Positions 47,847 through 52,462 of a stretch of DNA of 52,462 nucleotides are shown one piece after another (positions within the stretch are counted from its first letter, which is position 1; every line of letters starts with the position of its first letter). Origin of the DNA: Candidatus Levyibacteriota bacterium. Its GTDB lineage: Bacteria > Patescibacteriota > Microgenomatia > Levybacterales > UBA12049. The stretch spans positions 1 through 52,462 of the forward strand of contig DAIDHK010000009.1 in the NCBI GenBank assembly GCA_027459725.1. Reading direction: 5' to 3'. A model generated the notes under the pieces. It had not been told where the DNA came from, did not search any database, and worked only from the letters and a program-made list of their open reading frames with translations. A program made the position numbers and the translations under genes.

Positions 47847-48174
47847 CAATTTGCTTGAAGGCGGCTGGGTCATTGACAACTAAATCACTCAAAATCTTGC
47901 GATCAAGCACAATATTTGCCTTTTGTAATTTATTCATGAAAACACTGTAGGAGAGACCTTGCTGTTTGACTGCTCCACTAATACGAGTAATCCAAAGAGA
48001 ACGGAAATCTCTTTTGCGAAGTTTTCGACCGTGAAATGCATAAGCACCAGCATGCAAAACAGCCTGCTTAGCCGTTCTGACCAGCCTGCGTTTGGTACCT
48101 GTGTAACCTTTAGCTAACTTTAGTAATTTATTATGTTTTCTTCGGGAAACCATCCCGCGTTTTACTCTTGCCAT
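47824..48174 (-). CDS. rplT: 50S ribosomal protein L20
   Basis: MARVKRG, KRDFRSLWITRI, LDRKILSDL. Confidence 0.98.
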   Translation of the reverse strand: MARVKRGMVSRRKHNKLLKLAKGYTGTKRRLVRTAKQAVLHAGAYAFHGRKLRKRDFRSLWITRISGAVKQQGLSYSVFMNKLQKANIVLDRKILSDLVVNDPAAFKQIVDNVKTK

Positions 48175-48175
48175 A

Positions 48176-48373
48176 TTATGCTGCTCCTAAAATCTTTTTT
48201 ATCTTGAATGCGAATCTTCCGTTTAATTGGGCTGGCTCTTTTTGGCGGCGAATTCTGCGTTTAGACTTACTTAATTTTTTGTGACTACCGTATTGATGGC
48301 CAAACATGACCTTACCAGTCTTGGTAATCTTAAATCGTCTGGCCGCTGCTTTGCTTATTTTCTTCTTTATCAT
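48176..48373 (-). CDS. rpmI: 50S ribosomal protein L35
   Basis: KAAARRFKITKTGKV; position between infC and rplT. Confidence 0.93.
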   Translation of the reverse strand: MIKKKISKAAARRFKITKTGKVMFGHQYGSHKKLSKSKRRIRRQKEPAQLNGRFAFKIKKILGAA

Positions 48374-48920
48374 TTTTTTTGTTCCTTTCTACGGATAATA
48401 ATCCGACCATTTGGTGACCTTCTAAATGAGGCTCACGATCCACTTTTGAGATATCACTTAAGCCCTCAATCATCTTACCCATCATATTATATCCGAATTC
48501 TGGATGAGTGATCTGACGGCCTCGAAATCTCAGCACCATTCTTACCTTATTACCATTATTTAGAAACTCTCTTGCTCGTCTCATCATGACTTGTAAGTCA
48601 TTATCAGACATGAAAGGTCCTAATCTAACTTCTTTTGTCTCAGTTGTCTTAGCCTTTCGCTTTTCCTCTTGTTTCTTCTTTTGTTCTTGATACAAAAATT
48701 TCTGGAAATCAATCAGCTTAGCTACGGGCGGATTAGCATTAGGAACAATTTCTACTACATCTATATTTCGTTCAGATGCAAGTCTCAATGCTTCATGTTT
48801 AGCCATGATACCGATCTGCTTCCCTTCGGCATCAAGTACCCTCAATGTTGCCGAATAAATACGGTCATTGATACGGTATTGCTTTCTTTGATCTTGATTT
48901 CTATTAAATCTTTTTATCAA
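48330..48920 (-). CDS. infC: Translation initiation factor IF-3
   Basis: INDRI, LRVLDAEGKQIG, PPVAKLID, KEVRL, RFRGRQ; non-AUG start. Confidence 0.96.
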   Translation of the reverse strand: MIKRFNRNQDQRKQYRINDRIYSATLRVLDAEGKQIGIMAKHEALRLASERNIDVVEIVPNANPPVAKLIDFQKFLYQEQKKKQEEKRKAKTTETKEVRLGPFMSDNDLQVMMRRAREFLNNGNKVRMVLRFRGRQITHPEFGYNMMGKMIEGLSDISKVDREPHLEGHQMVGLLSVERNKKNDKEENKQSSGQTI

Positions 48921-50661
48921 TGTCTTGTTTAACTTTCTGCAAAAAGTCGTCGAAAGATTGGCTTCCCAAGTTTTCTCCGGCTCTTGAACGTACAGAAACA
49001 GCTTCTGCAGCTATTTCCTTATCCCCTATTATACCCATAAATGGTACTTTTTGTAAAGTAGCGTTGCGTATTTTAGATTGCAGCGTCTCTGACGAATTAT
49101 CTACTTCGACCCTAATCCCTTGCTGTTTAAGTTTTTTGGCCACTTTTTGAGCGTACTGGGCATGCCTGTCAGCAATGGGTAAGAGGCTGACTTGTACAGG
49201 TGCTAACCAGAGTGGAAAAGCTCCCGCATAATGTTCAATTAGAATTCCCAGAAAGCGTTCAAAAGAGCCTACAATAGCTCTATGGAATACGAATGGCATT
49301 TTTTCAATGCCCTCACTATCGATATAATGAAGGTCAAATCTCTTGGGTTGTTGGATATCCAGTTGAATAGTGCCTGTCTGCCATTCTCTACCGAGTGAGT
49401 CTTTCATTAAAATATCGACTTTAGGACCATAGAATGCTCCTTCTCCAGCAACTTCAAAGTATTCTTTACCTGATGTATTAAGTACTTTACGTAAGACATT
49501 TTCTGCTAAATCCCAATCGGTTGCTTCTCCCAGATGCTTTTCTGGTCTTGTTCCAAATCTGAAACGATAGGTAAGATTGAAAGGTGAATACATTTCCTCA
49601 ATCATTTTTAAAAGACTTTCAAATTCTTGTTTAGCTTGTTCTGGGTAGATAAAAATATGAGCGTCATCTTGGCGGAATTGTCTGATTCTAAATAAACCGT
49701 TTAGTGTCCCTGACAGCTCGAAACGATGCAGGCTTGTAGTTTCAGCTAATCTTAAAGGTAATTCGTGATATGAGCGCGTTTTGTGCGCAAATATACGCAT
49801 ATGATTCGGGCAATTCATAGGTTTAAGACCAAAAACCTCACTTCCTTCCATAGGATTGTTTGATTCTGAGCGCAGATAGCTCATAGGTGATACAAACATA
49901 TCATCTCGATAATGTGCCCAGTGACCTGATGTTTCATATAATTCTTTTTTATTTAATTGAGGTGTTGCTACCTCTTGATAATCATATTTTTTATACATCT
50001 CTCTTGCGAAAGCATATAGAGTATTGTATAGAATTAAACCTTTAGGCAGCCAGTACGCCATACCTGGTGCAGTGTCATCAAAGAAAAACAATTCTAATTG
50101 AGAAGCAAGTTTTTTATGATCTCGTTTTTTGGTTTCTTCTAACATTAGCAGATATTCGTCTAATTTGGCTTGAGTTGAAAAGGATATACCATAAATTCTA
50201 GTCAACATTTTGTTTTTTTCACTTCCTCGCCAGTACGCACCAGCTAGGGATAAAAGTTTTACTGCTCCAATCTCTTTAGCAGGGTTGTCAGTATGACCAC
50301 CTTTACATAAATCTTCATAGTTACCGTTTTTATAAACAGTCAGCTTTTTCCCTTCTTTGGCTAATTCTTCGATTAACTCAATCTTGTAGGGCTCATGTGC
50401 AAAACGTTTCTTAGCTTCCTGTAAAGAAATTTCTTCATGAGAAGTAGAACTCCAAGTTTTAAGAATTTTTTTCATCTCCTCTTCTATTTTGGGCAAATCT
50501 TCTTCGTGCAAAGGTTTGCTAAATTCAAAATCATAATAAAAACCATTCTCTATAGCTGGACCAATTGCGCGTTTAGTATCAGGATAAAGTTTTTGTACAG
50601 CTGCAGCGAGTAAGTGTGCACTGGTGTGTCTTAAGTTTTGTAAATTTTCTTCTTGCTTCAT
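48904..50661 (-). CDS. thrS: Threonine--tRNA ligase (no N-terminal TGS domain)
   Basis: RHTSAHLLA, DLCKGGH, KPMNCP, GAFYGPK, HRAIVGSFERF. Confidence 0.98.
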   Translation of the reverse strand: MKQEENLQNLRHTSAHLLAAAVQKLYPDTKRAIGPAIENGFYYDFEFSKPLHEEDLPKIEEEMKKILKTWSSTSHEEISLQEAKKRFAHEPYKIELIEELAKEGKKLTVYKNGNYEDLCKGGHTDNPAKEIGAVKLLSLAGAYWRGSEKNKMLTRIYGISFSTQAKLDEYLLMLEETKKRDHKKLASQLELFFFDDTAPGMAYWLPKGLILYNTLYAFAREMYKKYDYQEVATPQLNKKELYETSGHWAHYRDDMFVSPMSYLRSESNNPMEGSEVFGLKPMNCPNHMRIFAHKTRSYHELPLRLAETTSLHRFELSGTLNGLFRIRQFRQDDAHIFIYPEQAKQEFESLLKMIEEMYSPFNLTYRFRFGTRPEKHLGEATDWDLAENVLRKVLNTSGKEYFEVAGEGAFYGPKVDILMKDSLGREWQTGTIQLDIQQPKRFDLHYIDSEGIEKMPFVFHRAIVGSFERFLGILIEHYAGAFPLWLAPVQVSLLPIADRHAQYAQKVAKKLKQQGIRVEVDNSSETLQSKIRNATLQKVPFMGIIGDKEIAAEAVSVRSRAGENLGSQSFDDFLQKVKQDIDKKI

Positions 50662-50824
50662 GCTTGTAATATAGCAAAAACTCGAGCTTTTATAAAGCAG
50701 ATAATAGCAGCTAGCGTCCGCTATCTTCTGCTTTAGACATTATTATCTCGTAATATTTTTTAACTGAGCTCTCAGACAATTAGTTCTTTGTATATCCTCA
50801 TAGAACGTGCGGGGGGCAATTATT

Positions 50825-50977
50825 CTATCTTTGTGCTTCAAAATAATTACGTCTATCAGGATTTACGCTTAGATTAGATTCACTAATATATATCATGTCA
50901 TCTAAATTAGATGTAATTCTTTTGTATATATCTGGTGAGTGAAAGTGATATTCATCAAGTTTTATTTCACTAGCCAT
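50825..50977 (-). CDS. Possible 50-aa hypothetical protein or gene remnant
   Basis: Hand translation MASEIKLDEYHFHSPDIYKRITSNLDDMIYISESNLSVNPDRRNYFEAQR*, preceded by GAGGAG. Confidence 0.35.
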   Translation of the reverse strand: MASEIKLDEYHFHSPDIYKRITSNLDDMIYISESNLSVNPDRRNYFEAQR

Positions 50978-51212
50978 GTTTTTTCTCCTCTCTTTAAATT
51001 ATCAAACCACAAAAAAAACTCGCATTGCAGAATCATCTATTTCACAATAATACAACCCCGCTAAACAGAGGTAGAACCAGTCATAACAATAATATGTAAT
51101 TTGCTCATGTTTTGTTACGTTATAAATCATTCATATGATGTCAAGAGCACCGTCAAAAAAAAGAGACTCATACTTTATTGACAAGTTTAAGTTAGAGATG
51201 AATACTGTATTC

Positions 51213-51695
51213 ATGAGAATAAATGCAAAATTAATATGGGCAATTGTTACCTGTGAACTGGTAGGTTTAGCTGGGACTCCCTTTACCATTGCCGGTATAC
51301 ATACGTGGTATTCTGGATTGCATAAACCAATGCTAAATCCACCTTCCTGGGTTTTTGGTCCTGTATGGACTGTCTTATACCTTTTGATGGGAATTTCTTT
51401 GTTTCTTGTTTGGAATAAGAAAACAAGTGGGAGTATAAAAATAACACAACTTCTTGGAATACAAATGTTTATATTGCAGTTATGTCTAAACTTTTTTTGG
51501 TCCTTAATATTTTTTACTTGGCATCAGTCATTCTTTGCTCTTTGGGAGCTGGCTGTTTTATGGATGACGATTATGGTATGTATAATAGTATTTTTTAAAA
51601 TTTCAAAAGCCTCAGCGTATATCTTAATACCGTATTTATTATGGGTAACCTTTGCAGGTTATCTAAATTATAATGTTTGGATCTTAAACCGATGA
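51213..51695 (+). CDS. tspO: TspO/MBR family tryptophan-rich sensory protein
   Basis: WYSGLHKP..NPPSWVFGPVWTVLY, QLCLNFFWS, PYLLWVTFA. ATG 51213 preferred (TTGACA-17-AATACT-6-ATG). Confidence 0.93.
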   Translation: MRINAKLIWAIVTCELVGLAGTPFTIAGIHTWYSGLHKPMLNPPSWVFGPVWTVLYLLMGISLFLVWNKKTSGSIKITQLLGIQMFILQLCLNFFWSLIFFTWHQSFFALWELAVLWMTIMVCIIVFFKISKASAYILIPYLLWVTFAGYLNYNVWILNR

Positions 51696-52195
51696 GAAAA
51701 GTGTTAGTTAATGATCTCATGCAGAAAAACTATACCTACTTTCTGACTGAGCCTGAGGGGAAAAATTTTGTTCCTGATTTTAAGCCAGAGTTAACTCCCA
51801 AACAAATGTTAAGGATGGGTGTTTTCGGTGGAAAGTATATGACTGATTGTAAGGATGAATTCCCTACAGATTGGTTTGAATACGCTAAACTAAATCATGG
51901 ATTTCATGATCCTGACTTAAATTATTTTAAAGTTAATGCAAGTCAACCATTAAGAATTTGGCAGAACAAAGGCTGGATATATAAAGATGACCCACGAGGT
52001 TGGTTTCAATGGTATTGCCGATATTTTATGGGTAGGAGAATTCCCCAAGAAGATATAAGACAAATTAAGCGATGGAAAAATATGAAAAGGCATATAGCAC
52101 AGATTAAGAAGAATTGTAGTATGGGGGATTTGTTATGTCGTCCAGTGCAAAGACAAGCTTTATTACACTGGGCCTATGATAGTAGAAAGATTTAG
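51692..52195 (+). CDS. Hypothetical protein (FGGKY / DPRGWFQWYCRY motifs)
   Basis: ATGA overlap with tspO; motif-rich (TPKQMLRMGVFGGKY, RQIKRW, RQALLHWAYD); function not recognised. Confidence 0.8.
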   Translation: MRKVLVNDLMQKNYTYFLTEPEGKNFVPDFKPELTPKQMLRMGVFGGKYMTDCKDEFPTDWFEYAKLNHGFHDPDLNYFKVNASQPLRIWQNKGWIYKDDPRGWFQWYCRYFMGRRIPQEDIRQIKRWKNMKRHIAQIKKNCSMGDLLCRPVQRQALLHWAYDSRKI

Positions 52196-52204
52196 TAAAA
52201 AGTC

Positions 52205-52462
52205 CCGTATTCTAGTAACGAATGCAACCCCTTAAGGCCTATTGAGGTACTCAGTAAATACTTCCTGAGGTGTTCTAAATTTAAGACGTTTTCTGGGTCT
52301 GTTATTTAATTCCCATTCAACATCTTTTAATTCTTCATCACTGGTTGTACTAAAGTCAGTCTTTTTAGGAAAGTAGTATCTAATGCATAAATTACAGTTT
52401 TCATTTCCTCCTCGTTGCCATGAAGAGTAGGGATCTGCAAAATATGCTTGTATTCCAAATGC
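52205..52462 (-). mobile_element. IS30-family element, 3' end (truncated by window edge)
   Basis: 52232..52462 (-) reads AYFADPYSSWQRGGNENCNLCIRYYFPKKTDF...LNNRPRKRLKFRTP, the IS30 transposase C-terminus; IR-like CCGTATTCTAGTAACGAATGCAAC at ~52205-52228. Confidence 0.9.

Noticed and set aside
36677-50760. T-box riboswitches upstream of tyrS, pheS or thrS
   Set aside because: tyrS and pheS leaders are too short, no T-box consensus was seen, and -10 boxes lie directly before the starts.

Overview
AT-rich, compact bacterial chromosome segment read in genetic code 11. Gene content and order suggest a Patescibacteria/CPR (Microgenomates-like) organism; this is inference from a type IV pilus locus without pilP/pilQ, short HolB/PheT/ThrS, the rpmF-nusB-rnc-rpsP-khpA-trmD block, and sigma70 -10 boxes 6-11 nt before start codons. 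Core genes: gyrB-ppa-gyrA, holB, pilB-pilT-pilC, six pilins with pilD and pilMNO, recG, tyrS, a class A PBP, thrS-infC-rpmI-rplT and pheST. Two regions stand out. (1) A ~12.5 kb accessory block splits the pilus locus (11611-24063). It encodes a degenerate Nudix protein, two tail-to-tail XRE/MmyB-like regulators with a shared palindromic operator candidate, an XRE-HTH/NB-ARC protein ending in an ~8-TM domain, a free paralog of that 8-TM domain next to a 93-aa protein and a GAF histidine kinase, an IS5-like element, and a possibly arginine-centred enzyme set (pyruvoyl Arg decarboxylase, DUF2156 transferase, PRMT-like methyltransferase). (2) An aromatic amino acid cassette (DAHP synthase-like, chorismate mutase, TyrA-PheA fusion, aminotransferase) lies between rplT and pheS behind an unannotated, apparently leaderless FWFYFYF leader peptide with antiterminator and terminator. 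IS fragments lie at both window ends. No rRNA, tRNA or CRISPR array was seen. All assignments are by-eye motif recognition; no searches were run.
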